From an uncultured Acidobacteriota bacterium (GTDB lineage Bacteria; Acidobacteriota; Thermoanaerobaculia; Gp7-AA8), in contig CAWGHO010000001.1 of NCBI GenBank assembly GCA_963822445.1, positions 224,001-288,000 on the forward strand: DNA of 64,000 nt, in the 5' to 3' direction. How positions within the stretch are numbered: the stretch's first letter is position 1; each line of letters opens with the position of its first letter. Shown one piece after another: positions 22,016 through 31,466 of the stretch. Made by a program: the position numbers and the translations under genes. The notes under the pieces are model-generated. The model worked only from the letters and a program-made list of their open reading frames with translations. It was not told the DNA's origin and ran no database searches.

Positions 22016-23245
22016 TCACGGCTCGAGCGCAGCCCGCACCGTCGTCGCAGACGCGGGAGCGATCGAGCGGACGTAAGCGACCTTGCCGTCAGCGAGAAGC
22101 GAGTCGGGATTTTCGACGCGCGACGGCGTCGCCGTGATCCACGCCTCGATTTGCTGCGGCGAGAGATCGGGGCGGTCGGACAGAAGGCGGGCGGCGATCC
22201 CGGCGATGATCGGCGCAGCGAATGACGTGCCGTTCCGCTGATACGGACGGCGGCCGCGGTAGTGATCCGGTGCGGTGATGCTGGCGCTGAAGATCCCCTG
22301 TGCCGGTGCGAGCACTTCCACTCCGCCGCGGCATGTGCCCGTCCAGGCCGTGTTCTGTTGGGTCATGCCGCCGACGGTGATCATCCCTTCCGTCGTGCGC
22401 CCGAGGAGGGCGGGGAAACGGTCGATTACACCGGAGCTGCCGCAGCCGCCGTCCACGTTGTTCGCGGCGACCACGAACAGAAAGCGGCGGCCGTGCGGAT
22501 CAGGGCGGCCGGTCGCGTCCACGCCGGCGATCATGTCGCGGATCTTCTTTTCCACGGCCGCGTACGGGACCACGGCGCGCGTGTCACCGCTCGCGGAGCT
22601 CAGGCGCTCCAGCACCCAGCCGCTGATGTTCACGATGGCCGTGCGGAACAGCGGCGCGCCCGGCGCGTGCGCGTGGCGGATGATCGCGTCGAGACCGTCG
22701 AGGTACGTGCGGGTCGTGGCCAGGCCGCGCTCGTTCATCACGCGGATGCTGACGACCATTGCGCCTGGTGCGACGCCGATGTTGCGTCCGGCGGCGATCG
22801 AGGCCACGCTCGTGCCGTGCGATGCCGCAGCGAGCTCTTCGTAGCTGTCGAAACAGGGGGCGAGCGATTTGTCGTCGCTCGTGCAGCGGGAGTGTCCGAT
22901 CTCGACCGCGGGCGTGGCGTCGAATCCGCCGATCACGCGCGTGCCGCCGGTAGTGGCGAACTCGGAGTGACCGGCCATGATCCCGGTGTCCATCACATAG
23001 ATCACGCTGCCGGTGCCGCTGCCCTGCCGGTTGTACCAGCCGTCCAGCTCGGCGCCGACCTGGTCGACGCGGTCGAGGTGCCACAGCAGCGAGCTCTCCA
23101 CGTCGTCCCCGCAGCGCTCCAGGCGGGCCACGGTGTGGCTGTCAGTCAGGGCCACTTCCGTCTCGGCGCAGTGAGTGGAGACCACCTGCGCTTCCACCAC
23201 GAGCGGGCAGACGACGAACAGTACGGCAACCGCGAACCGCTGCAC
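22016..23245 (-). CDS. Exported S8 (subtilisin-like) serine peptidase
   Basis: Catalytic triad VMDTG, SHGT, GTSFAAP; signal peptide from GTG 23245. Confidence 0.9.
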   Translation of the reverse strand: MQRFAVAVLFVVCPLVVEAQVVSTHCAETEVALTDSHTVARLERCGDDVESSLLWHLDRVDQVGAELDGWYNRQGSGTGSVIYVMDTGIMAGHSEFATTGGTRVIGGFDATPAVEIGHSRCTSDDKSLAPCFDSYEELAAASHGTSVASIAAGRNIGVAPGAMVVSIRVMNERGLATTRTYLDGLDAIIRHAHAPGAPLFRTAIVNISGWVLERLSSASGDTRAVVPYAAVEKKIRDMIAGVDATGRPDPHGRRFLFVVAANNVDGGCGSSGVIDRFPALLGRTTEGMITVGGMTQQNTAWTGTCRGGVEVLAPAQGIFSASITAPDHYRGRRPYQRNGTSFAAPIIAGIAARLLSDRPDLSPQQIEAWITATPSRVENPDSLLADGKVAYVRSIAPASATTVRAALEP

Positions 23246-23361
23246 GCTCGAACGTGGCAACAGATGCTCCCTGACGGCTTGAATTTTTGGACGTCTTTGG
23301 ACGAGACGCTTGCTTACGATGCAGGAAGCGGAAGGCGAACGCAAGAAAATTTATTCGCACC

Positions 23362-23928
23362 ATGAACCATCTCGCGCATTTGTTTCTGGCCGGCCCGACG
23401 GCGGAGTCGCTGATCGGAAATCTGTCCGGCGATTTCGTGAAAGGAGCGATCGGCGATCGTTTCCCGCCGGGCATCGCCGCGGGCATCGCCCAGCACCGAA
23501 GGATCGATGCGTTCACCGATGCGCACCCGAGCGTGGCCGCGTTCCGCCGCGTGCTCACGCCGGAGCATGGGCACTACGCGCGGGTGATCTCGGACATCTT
23601 CTTCGATCACTTCCTCGCGTCCCGCTTCGACGAGCTCGGCGGGGAGCCGCTGGATGCCTTTCTCGCGCGGACGTTCGCAATGATCGACCCGCACGCCGAT
23701 TCACTGCCGGGGATGCTGCGCTTCATTTACCCGCGCATCCGCGACGAGCGCTGGCTGCAGTCGTATCGCGAGCTCGCCGGGATTCACGGCGCGCTGGCCA
23801 ACATCTCCCGCCGTTTTTCTCGGCGGCCGCGGCTGGAGACGGCGACGCGGCATCTCGTCGATTCGCGGGCCGAGCTGGAGGGGCATTTCGACAGGTTTTT
23901 TCCTGACGTGATTTCGCTAGGACGATAG
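23362..23928 (+). CDS. acpH: ACP phosphodiesterase
   Basis: MNHLAHLFL..GNL.GDFVKG..HRRIDAFTD.HP..DIFFDHFLA. Confidence 0.9.
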   Translation: MNHLAHLFLAGPTAESLIGNLSGDFVKGAIGDRFPPGIAAGIAQHRRIDAFTDAHPSVAAFRRVLTPEHGHYARVISDIFFDHFLASRFDELGGEPLDAFLARTFAMIDPHADSLPGMLRFIYPRIRDERWLQSYRELAGIHGALANISRRFSRRPRLETATRHLVDSRAELEGHFDRFFPDVISLGR

Positions 23929-23932
23929 GACC

Positions 23933-24076
23933 GACCGGGGGCCTCCGGTGGGCCGGCCACGGGCCGGCAGGCGCTGGTTGTGCCTTCTGCCGAGCTCGCG
24001 GTAGCTAGAGCGGATCGCGTTCACGCCAACATCAGCGCCTGCCGGCCCGTGGCCGGCCCGCCGGAGGCCCCTCGTC
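23933..24076. repeat. 144-bp palindromic REPIN/MITE-like element, copy 2
   Basis: Near-identical to 21869-22012, including the central spacer, in the same orientation. Confidence 0.85.
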
Positions 24077-24100
24077 GTCCCCTCGCGTTAGCATCACGGA

Positions 24101-24559
24101 GTGAAAAGCCTGCAGGAAACCTACGCTCCGAACAACCGCTGCTTCGGCTGCGGTCCGGCCAACGACAAAGGCCTGCGCATCCGCAGCTTCGAAGAAGGCG
24201 ACGAGCTCGTGTGCGACTGGACGCCCGAGCCGCACCACGTCGCCTTCGAAGGCATCGTCAACGGCGGGATCATCGGCTCGCTCCTCGATTGCCATTCCAA
24301 CTGGACCGCGGCGAGACATCTGATGAAGAAACGCGAGGCCGCGGAGCTGCCGGCCACGGTCACGCTCGACTTTCACGTCACCCTCAAACGGCCCACACCG
24401 ATGGGCACGCCGCTGCATCTCCGGGCCAGAGTGGTCGAGTCCGGTGAGGATCGTGCGGTGATCGAGGCGACGCTCGAGGCGAACGGCAAAGTGACCGCGA
24501 CCTGCCGCGGCACATTCGTGGCCGTGAAGGAAGGCCATCCCGCCTATTTTCGTTGGTAG
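24101..24559 (+). CDS. PaaI-family (hotdog-fold) thioesterase
   Basis: CFGCGPAN.KGL, GIVNGGIIGSLLDCH, KRPTP. Confidence 0.88.
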   Translation: MKSLQETYAPNNRCFGCGPANDKGLRIRSFEEGDELVCDWTPEPHHVAFEGIVNGGIIGSLLDCHSNWTAARHLMKKREAAELPATVTLDFHVTLKRPTPMGTPLHLRARVVESGEDRAVIEATLEANGKVTATCRGTFVAVKEGHPAYFRW

Positions 24560-24564
24560 CCGGG

Positions 24565-25779
24565 ATGACCCACCGGGCCGGTGCCCTTCTCCTGATCCTC
24601 CTCTCCATGTTTCCCCTTGGCGCACGCGTGCGTTCCGTCCGTTCGGGCGAGAGCGAGACGCCGGCGCAGTGGCTGCGCGCGAGGGCGGTCAGCGATGCTC
24701 AGTTCGCCGATCTGACGCGAAACGCGCGCGTGGTCGCGCTCGGCGATGCTACGCACGGAACGCATGAGACCTACACCGCAAAACAACGGCTGATTCCTCT
24801 CCTGGTCGCGAATGGCTTTCGCACGATCGCTTTCGAGGCACCGTTCGCGGAATGGGCGAAGCTCGATGAATACGTGCTGCACGGCACGGGGGATCCCGGC
24901 GCGGCGCTGCAGTTTGCGCAGTACTGGTTCTGGGACACGAACGAGGTCCTGGCCATCATCGAGTGGGCCCGCGAGCAGAACGAGGCCGGGCTCACGCCGC
25001 CGATCCGCATCACCGGCGTCGACTCCACGGAGCCCGCCAGCGCCGCGAGACTGGTGGTCGACTATCTCCGCCGCGACGACCCGACCTTCGCGACGGAAGT
25101 CGAGCAGAGTTACGCCTGCCTCTCGCAGATCTCTGCCGGCAACAACTGGTGCCGGAACCTGATGGGATCGGTGCTCGCAGCGCTCCAGGCGAAGGGCGTT
25201 CCCGATGAGATTCTCCACATCGCCCGCGTGGTCGAGCAGGGCGAGCAGGTCATCGCCACGAACAACCGCGCGCGCGATGAGTTCATGGCCGAGAACATCC
25301 TCTGGCACCTCGACCGCGGCGAGAAAATCATCATCCTCGGACACAACGAGCACTGGGGCCAGACGCCGTACCGCCTCGTGCGTCCCACGCTGATCAAGAG
25401 CGCCGGCGGCTATCTCTCGGACTCTCTGGGCGACGCGTACTTTTCGCTCGGATCCGTCCTCCTCGACGGAACGTTCCTGGCCATCGACTACGAACGCGGC
25501 TACGGCGAGATCCGCCCGCAGATCATGACGCCCCCCTCCCTCGACGACTTCGGCACGCTCTTCGACCAGGCCGGCCGCGACTCGATGATCGTCCCTCTGC
25601 GCGGCGCTCTCCCGCACTGGCTCGCCGGCACGCACCGCATGCGCATCGCAGGATCTTCGGTCCAGTCGCGCGCGAAGACGACGCTCGATCTCGAAGCGGA
25701 TTTCGGGAAGAAGTTCGATGCCGTGCTGTACGTGAGGACGTCGACGCCGACGCGGTTGCGGCACTGGCCGTTGTTCTAG
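24565..25779 (+). CDS. Erythromycin esterase (EreB-like) family protein
   Basis: VVALGDATHGTHE, IAFEA, RDEFMAENI, GHNEH, FDAVLYV. Confidence 0.85.
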   Translation: MTHRAGALLLILLSMFPLGARVRSVRSGESETPAQWLRARAVSDAQFADLTRNARVVALGDATHGTHETYTAKQRLIPLLVANGFRTIAFEAPFAEWAKLDEYVLHGTGDPGAALQFAQYWFWDTNEVLAIIEWAREQNEAGLTPPIRITGVDSTEPASAARLVVDYLRRDDPTFATEVEQSYACLSQISAGNNWCRNLMGSVLAALQAKGVPDEILHIARVVEQGEQVIATNNRARDEFMAENILWHLDRGEKIIILGHNEHWGQTPYRLVRPTLIKSAGGYLSDSLGDAYFSLGSVLLDGTFLAIDYERGYGEIRPQIMTPPSLDDFGTLFDQAGRDSMIVPLRGALPHWLAGTHRMRIAGSSVQSRAKTTLDLEADFGKKFDAVLYVRTSTPTRLRHWPLF

Positions 25780-25803
25780 GAATCTCACCGGCCTGGATTC
25801 CCG

Positions 25804-25832
25804 TTGACCTATCCGCCAATGGCGCATAGCCT
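25804..25832 (+). promoter_or_regulatory. Sigma70-type promoter of the TA operon (leaderless)
   Basis: TTGACC-N17-TAGCCT, then 6 nt to ATG 25839. Confidence 0.65.
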
Positions 25833-25838
25833 TGAAGC

Positions 25839-26040
25839 ATGCTCGAGTTCCGTGAGACCGCCATCTTCACGCGGGACATTACGGTCCTCCTCTCCGAAGA
25901 CGTGTACGCGGAGCTGCAAGGTGCATTGGTCGTACAGCCCGACTTACATGTTGCTGGCGTACTCCAAAGACGAGCAGGACGATCTCTCCGCAAGACAGAA
26001 ACGTGCTCTCGCCCAGCTTGTGAAGGAGGAGTTCAAATGA
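25839..26040 (+). pseudogene. RelE/HigB2-like toxin, internally deleted and frameshifted
   Basis: N-part MLEFRETAIFTR..YAELQGALVVQPD joins out of frame to C-part YMLLAYSKDEQDDLS..QKRAL; the central GG.RK.R..GKRGG.RVIY core is absent. Confidence 0.75.
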
Positions 26041-26345
26041 AGAAGGAACTGTTCGAGGACCTCGTCACAAGCGTCAAACAGGCAGGAAAGATCCATCGAG
26101 GACAAACGGCGCCGTCACGCGCGTTTGTCTTTCAGCCGGAAGACGTCCGGCAGATCCGCGAAAAGCTGAAGAAATCCCAATCCGAATTCGCTCGGATGAT
26201 TGGCGTCAGCGTATCGACACTCCAAAACTGGGAACAGGGCAGACGGCAGCCGGAAGGCCCAGCGCGAGCGCTGCTGGTCGTCGCCTCCAAGGCACCTCGA
26301 GTCGTCGCAAAGGCTTTGGCCGAAGCAACTCGCCGCGCTTCCTGA
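26037..26345 (+). CDS. HigA2/NadS-like HTH antitoxin
   Basis: MKKELFEDLVTSVKQA..IREKLKKSQSEFARMIGVSVSTLQNWEQGRRQPEGPARALL; ATGA coupling with the toxin remnant. Confidence 0.88.
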   Translation: MKKELFEDLVTSVKQAGKIHRGQTAPSRAFVFQPEDVRQIREKLKKSQSEFARMIGVSVSTLQNWEQGRRQPEGPARALLVVASKAPRVVAKALAEATRRAS

Positions 26346-26429
26346 TCCATGCCCGTCGTCCGCCGCTCAGCCGCGCGAAGCGCCGGCTGCTGCGCGGACA
26401 GATATCCCGGCGCGAAGCGTCACGGGATG

Positions 26430-27335
26430 TCACCCGTTCGCTTGTAACTCGAACAGGATCTCGTCGATCGCGTCGGCGGCACGTTCCAGCGGCAGGATGC
26501 ACGTGCCCGCCCCTTTGTGCCCGCCGCCGCCGTACTTCGACATCAGGTCGCCCACAGACGTGTTGCACGTGCGGTTGAAGATGCTGTGGCCCACCGCGGC
26601 CACGACCGTGTCGTGGCGCGGGCCCCAGTGCACGCGCAGCGAGACGTTCGCATCGGGGAAGAGCGTGTAGACCAGGAAGCGGTTGCCGGCCGGCAGGCGC
26701 TCGATCTCGCGCAGGTCGGTCACCACCACATTGTTGATCTGGAAACTGTTGCGGCTCAGGAGGTGCTTGAACGACGCCTGGTCCGCGCGGATCCGCTCGA
26801 TGCGCTCGCGCACCACCGGCTGCTGCAGCACTTCCTCGATCGACATCGTCTTCAGCCACTCCACGAGCTGCCTGAAGTAATCGTCGAAACCGCCGAGGCC
26901 CGTGCGGCTGTCGATCGTGTAGCCGAGGAGGATGTAGTCGTTCGGATTCTCGACGTCGTCGGGCGTCAGTTGCGCGGCGTCGAGACGGTCCGTTTCGTCG
27001 ACCAGACGCGCGAGTCGCAGCAGCTTCTCGTCGGTCGGGTCCTTCTCCAGGTAGTACTCGTAAACCAGCCGCGCGGCCGACGGCGCGAGCCGGTACCGGC
27101 CGCGGAAATCCTCGGGCGGTTTCTGATTGCTCTCCGTCAAAAGGTGATGGTCGAACCACATCGCCGCGCGGGGGTCGTACGGCAGATTGGCGAGGATGTC
27201 GTCCGGACGCAGATCGACCGCCTTGTCGGTGATGTCCTGCGGATGTACGAGCAGGATGTCGTCGACCGGCTCCTTCATCGTGATGATGACGGCGCTAGTC
27301 AGTCCATCGAGGTCACCACGCGTGACCAGGCGCAT
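26430..27335 (-). CDS. DHH-family phosphoesterase (NrnA / exopolyphosphatase-like)
   Basis: RLVTRGDLDG, WFDHH, YGGGGHKGAGTC. Confidence 0.88.
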   Translation of the reverse strand: MRLVTRGDLDGLTSAVIITMKEPVDDILLVHPQDITDKAVDLRPDDILANLPYDPRAAMWFDHHLLTESNQKPPEDFRGRYRLAPSAARLVYEYYLEKDPTDEKLLRLARLVDETDRLDAAQLTPDDVENPNDYILLGYTIDSRTGLGGFDDYFRQLVEWLKTMSIEEVLQQPVVRERIERIRADQASFKHLLSRNSFQINNVVVTDLREIERLPAGNRFLVYTLFPDANVSLRVHWGPRHDTVVAAVGHSIFNRTCNTSVGDLMSKYGGGGHKGAGTCILPLERAADAIDEILFELQANG

Positions 27336-27359
27336 CGCGGTAACGGTCCTCCGAAGAAC

Positions 27360-27950
27360 CTACTTTTTACCTCTGCGGCGACGCGGGCGCAAGGGCGGCG
27401 CGGCCGCGTCAGGTCCGCGGAACGCCCACCACAGCGCGAAGGCAATGGCATACATAAACACCAATCGATAGAAGTGGCTGCCCACGCCCCAGACGTTCCG
27501 CTCGAAGTCGCTGTAGTTGACCGTGCTCCACATTCCCAGCTTCGCCACGTAGATCGACATTACTTCCGTCACCGCGCCGAGAACGTGTGTGATCGACAGA
27601 ATCAGCGCGGCCACGAGGAACCCGCCGATGTTGCGATCGGAGAACGTCTGTTTGCTCGCCGCGAAGAGCGCGGTCAGCAGAACGAAGTTGAAAGTCAGGT
27701 CGCGCAGAGGCATGCCGGGGCGCTTCGACTTCGGATCGAAGTCGCGGCGATCGACGGTGATGTTCCCGTCCGCCGCGCGGCTCAGTCGCGTCACGTCGGG
27801 ACTCTCGAATGCATTGAGAGTCTTCTGCGCGAGCGCGGCGATGCCGCGGTCGTAGAGCGGGGTGAGCGCGACGTAGATGGCCAGGCCGGCGGCGAAGCCC
27901 GCCAGCGCCTTAAGCGCTGTTCGCCACGCGAGCGGGGGCAACGCGCGCAC
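27360..27950 (-). CDS. Exosortase H-associated membrane protein
   Basis: Four TM segments and a basic tail; overlaps the xrtH 3' end. Confidence 0.65.
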   Translation of the reverse strand: MRALPPLAWRTALKALAGFAAGLAIYVALTPLYDRGIAALAQKTLNAFESPDVTRLSRAADGNITVDRRDFDPKSKRPGMPLRDLTFNFVLLTALFAASKQTFSDRNIGGFLVAALILSITHVLGAVTEVMSIYVAKLGMWSTVNYSDFERNVWGVGSHFYRLVFMYAIAFALWWAFRGPDAAAPPLRPRRRRGKK

Positions 27951-28413
27951 TCCAGGCCAGGAAGAATCCGATGGCGGCCATGATGATCACGATCTGCCAG
28001 ACGGCTGTGTGAAAGAGGTCGAAGAGCTTCGGCTGATACGCGCCGAGGAGGTAGAGGGTGATGATGCGGATGGCGTTGAGGGCCTGCACGGCGAGCGCGC
28101 CGAGGGCCAGGCCGATCGCCCGCGCCTTCAGCGAGGCCGGGAAGGCCACGATCGACGCGAGCAGGATCAGCATCGCTTCGACACCGTTGCAGCCGTTGTT
28201 GATGTTGACCGCGAAGCGGGACGAGCGGATCACCGTGCCGGTGACCGTCACGTCCTCGCCGATCAGCTTCAGCAGCGCGCCGGAAGTTCTGGCGATGCCG
28301 GCCGTGAAGGGCACGATCACGTTGTCGTTCACCGGACTCCAGGCGATGAGCAGGTACGCGGCGATGAGAACGGCGAAGAATTTGACGAGGAAGAGGACCT
28401 GAGGCTTTTTCAT
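27910..28413 (-). CDS. xrtH: Exosortase H (IPTL-CTERM-specific)
   Basis: FAVNINNGCNGVEA (catalytic Cys), LNAIRIITLY (Arg), FHTAVWQ (His). Confidence 0.85.
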   Translation of the reverse strand: MKKPQVLFLVKFFAVLIAAYLLIAWSPVNDNVIVPFTAGIARTSGALLKLIGEDVTVTGTVIRSSRFAVNINNGCNGVEAMLILLASIVAFPASLKARAIGLALGALAVQALNAIRIITLYLLGAYQPKLFDLFHTAVWQIVIIMAAIGFFLAWSARVAPARVANSA

Positions 28414-29123
28414 GAACCGCCGCGCATGGTACCAGCCAACGCAACCGCAACCGCCGTCTCCACCCGCAGAATGCGCTCGCCGAGGGAGACCGTGACAAAG
28501 CCGATCCGCTCCAGCGACGCAATCTCCTCGGCGATGAACCCGCCCTCCGGTCCGATGGCGATCGTCAGCGGCTGCCCGGGGACGATGTGACCCGTTCCGC
28601 CGGGATGGGCGACCAGCGCCGTGCTGCCGTCGATGATCGACGGGAGCTCATCCTCGACGAAGGTCCGGAAGAAACGGCGCAACTCGATTGAGGGAAGGAT
28701 CGTGTCCCTGGCCTGCTCCAGCCCCAGCACCCGCTGCATCATCAGGTTCTCCGCGGAGAGCCGCGGCGATTTCCAGTAACTCTTCTCCACCCGCCAGGCG
28801 TTGATGAGGAAGATCCGCTTCACGCCGAGCGAGGTGGCGCTGGCGATCACGCGATTGAGGACTTTCGGACGCGGTAACGCGAGGACGAGCGTGGCCTCGA
28901 GTGCCTTCGGCGGATCGCGATCGATGGTCAGCCGCATTTCCAGCGCCTCAGCGTCGATGCGGGTCACTTCTCCCCTGCCCATCCGGCCTCCGGCGATCCC
29001 GACGGCGAGCGTGTCGCCGACCATTGCCCGATGCACGCTGGTGACATGCGCGAGACGCCGGCCGGTGAGGCGGACGTGGTCTTCGGAGAGGAAGTCTTCG
29101 GGGAAGAGGAGGATCAGATTCAA
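28410..29123 (-). CDS. rsmE: 16S rRNA m3U1498 methyltransferase RsmE family
   Basis: LALPRPK, IGPEGGF, LGERILRVETA. Confidence 0.9.
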   Translation of the reverse strand: MNLILLFPEDFLSEDHVRLTGRRLAHVTSVHRAMVGDTLAVGIAGGRMGRGEVTRIDAEALEMRLTIDRDPPKALEATLVLALPRPKVLNRVIASATSLGVKRIFLINAWRVEKSYWKSPRLSAENLMMQRVLGLEQARDTILPSIELRRFFRTFVEDELPSIIDGSTALVAHPGGTGHIVPGQPLTIAIGPEGGFIAEEIASLERIGFVTVSLGERILRVETAVAVALAGTMRGGS

Positions 29124-30400
29124 CGCGCGGATCGTAGCGTGAACACAAACGTCGACGCCCCTTCCAGCCGGATCGTGCCGCCGTGCAATTCCACCAGCTC
29201 TTTGGCGATCGCCAGTCCGAGACCCGCGCCGCCCGTGGTGCGCGATCGGGACGCATCGGCACGATGAAAGCGATCGAAGATCCGTTCGCGATGCTCCGGG
29301 GGGACGCCCGGGCCATCGTCGCTGACGCGGATCTCGACCATCGATCCCACTCGCGCCGCGCGAACCTCGATCGTGTTCTGCGCATGTGCCGACGCATTCA
29401 CGAGGAGGTTGCGCAGCACCTGCACGACGCGCCGCGGATCGGCGTGAACGATCAGATCCGCGGGGACATCCGTCGTAACGGGATGCGCGATCGCCGCGCG
29501 CGCAACGAGATCGCGCACCGGCACTTCCTCCAGTTCCAGCTTCAAAACCCCCGCGTCGGCCAGTGACAACTGCTGCAGATCGTCGACGAGCCGCGACAGA
29601 TTCGCGACCTCCTCCTCGATCGATCCCAGGAACTTCGCATCCGCCGCGATCACGCCGTCTTGCGCGGCCTCGACCTGCACGCGGATGTTCGTCAGCGGCG
29701 TGCGGAGTTCGTGAGCGACGTCGGTGACCATGTTCCGCCGCGCACGCTCGTTGCGCTCCAGCGATTCGGCCATCTGATTGAACGCCTGGGCCAGTTCGCC
29801 GACTTCATCGCGGCCGCGCACCGGAACGCGCACGTCGAGCTGGCCCGCCGCCAGTGCCTGCGCGCCTCTCGTCAGCGCATCGACCGGGGCGAACACGCGA
29901 CGAAAGACAGTCAGCATCACCATGACCGCCAGCAACGCCGCCGCGGCGAGGCCAAACATCAGGTGTCGATCAACCGACAGCCGAAACGCGCCCTGGCTTC
30001 GCTCCTCGACCGGCGGCAGAAAGTACACCGTCCCCACGCCCTCGATGCGACGGGCGTTGCCGCGCATACGGAACGTCTCCGTCTTGCTACGCAGAATCAT
30101 TCCGTCGGCGGTGAGCTCTACGTTGAATCGCTCGAGATCGGCCGGATACCTCGCGACGACCTTCTTCGCGTCATCGACCACGATCGTGCGAATCCCGAAT
30201 CGCTCGTGAACCCGCGACAGCGATTCACCGGCGGCGATCATCGTCGCGGCGGCGCGCAGGTCGTTCATCCGCTCGCCGATGAGATAGCGCTCGAACTCCC
30301 GCTTCACGGTCACGATGGAGAAGAACCCCGCGGCCAGCGCCAGCGCCGCGATGATCAGCGACGTCGCCAGAACCAGTCGCCAGCGCAGGGAACGGATCAT
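29120..30400 (-). CDS. HAMP-domain sensor histidine kinase (BaeS-like)
   Basis: Two TM segments, HAMP, AHELRTPL, NLLVNA, DDGPG, GGAGLGLAI. Confidence 0.93.
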   Translation of the reverse strand: MIRSLRWRLVLATSLIIAALALAAGFFSIVTVKREFERYLIGERMNDLRAAATMIAAGESLSRVHERFGIRTIVVDDAKKVVARYPADLERFNVELTADGMILRSKTETFRMRGNARRIEGVGTVYFLPPVEERSQGAFRLSVDRHLMFGLAAAALLAVMVMLTVFRRVFAPVDALTRGAQALAAGQLDVRVPVRGRDEVGELAQAFNQMAESLERNERARRNMVTDVAHELRTPLTNIRVQVEAAQDGVIAADAKFLGSIEEEVANLSRLVDDLQQLSLADAGVLKLELEEVPVRDLVARAAIAHPVTTDVPADLIVHADPRRVVQVLRNLLVNASAHAQNTIEVRAARVGSMVEIRVSDDGPGVPPEHRERIFDRFHRADASRSRTTGGAGLGLAIAKELVELHGGTIRLEGASTFVFTLRSAR

Positions 30401-31056
30401 CGCGCGAACTTGTAGCCGACGCCGAACACGGTGACGATGGCCTTCCCCGGCTCGCCGAGCTTCTTCCGAAGATTCATCACGTGAACATCCACAGTTCGGT
30501 CGAGCCCGTCGTAGTCATCGCCGAGCGCGCGCTCGACGAGCTCCTGCCGCGTGAATGTGCGTCCCGCGGCGCGCGCGAGCGTTTCGAGCAACCGGTACTC
30601 GGTCGGCGTAACCATGACCGCGGTCTCGCCGAGTCGCACCTCCCGCTTCGAGCGATCGATGGTGATGCCATTCGCCTCCAGAACATCTTCCTCGCTCGAC
30701 CGCCGCAGCACGGCCCGAATCCGAGCCAGCAACTCGCGGGGACTGAAGGGCTTGGTCACGTAATCATCCGCGCCGAGGTCGAGTCCCTTCAGCTTGTCCT
30801 CCTCGGTCGACCGAGCCGTGACCATCACGATCGCCGTCCCGCTCGTTTCGCGCAAGGCGCGGCAAACCGCCAGTCCATCGAGGCGCGGGAGCATCAGATC
30901 GAGCACGACCAGCTGCGGGTCGAAGACCCTCGCGACCTCCAGCGCCTGCACGCCGTCGGCGGCGAGCTCGACCGCGTAGCCCTCGCGGCGGAGGTACAAA
31001 GCAACCGTCTCCCGCGTCTTCGGATCGTCCTCGACGAGGAGAATTCGGCGTCTCAT
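30397..31056 (-). CDS. OmpR-family response regulator
   Basis: LVEDD, LDLMLP, GADDYVTKPF, RTVDVHVMNLRKKL, TVFGVGYKF. Confidence 0.95.
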   Translation of the reverse strand: MRRRILLVEDDPKTRETVALYLRREGYAVELAADGVQALEVARVFDPQLVVLDLMLPRLDGLAVCRALRETSGTAIVMVTARSTEEDKLKGLDLGADDYVTKPFSPRELLARIRAVLRRSSEEDVLEANGITIDRSKREVRLGETAVMVTPTEYRLLETLARAAGRTFTRQELVERALGDDYDGLDRTVDVHVMNLRKKLGEPGKAIVTVFGVGYKFAR

Positions 31057-31115
31057 GTTGCGATGGTAGCGAGGGTGATGAAGAAGTTGTGAAGTCGGGC
31101 TATGATCCGCGCCGC

Positions 31116-31460
31116 ATGGACATCGCGGTGCGCAGAAACGGTGACGTAACGGTAGTCGACTTCAAGGGGCGCCTGGCCATCGGCGTCAGCGATTCTCTCC
31201 TTCCCGGCGTGATCTCGGACATCCTCAAGGACGGCAGCAAGAAGATCCTGCTGAACCTCTCCGAGATGGATTACATCGACAGCAACGGGCTCGGCGAGCT
31301 GGTGCAGGCCTTCCGCGAGTCACAGCGCAAAGGCGCGTCGCTCCGGCTGCTCAAGCCTCAGGACCGCGTCGCCAAGACGCTGCGGCTGACCAATCTGCTG
31401 CCGATGTTCTCGGTCTACGAGTCCGAGGACGACGCGCTGCAGGCCTTCGGCACGTCGTAA
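31116..31460 (+). CDS. STAS-domain anti-sigma factor antagonist
   Basis: ILLNLSEMDYIDSNGLGELV with the conserved phospho-Ser. Confidence 0.9.
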   Translation: MDIAVRRNGDVTVVDFKGRLAIGVSDSLLPGVISDILKDGSKKILLNLSEMDYIDSNGLGELVQAFRESQRKGASLRLLKPQDRVAKTLRLTNLLPMFSVYESEDDALQAFGTS

Positions 31461-31466
31461 TCCGCC

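Noticed and set aside
21869-24076. Repeats as a CRISPR array or IS ends
   Set aside because: Only two long palindromic copies, no spacer periodicity, and no cas or transposase gene.
24565-25779. Erythromycin esterase as a bona fide resistance gene
   Set aside because: The family is broad, this copy is exported and divergent, and there is no mobile context.
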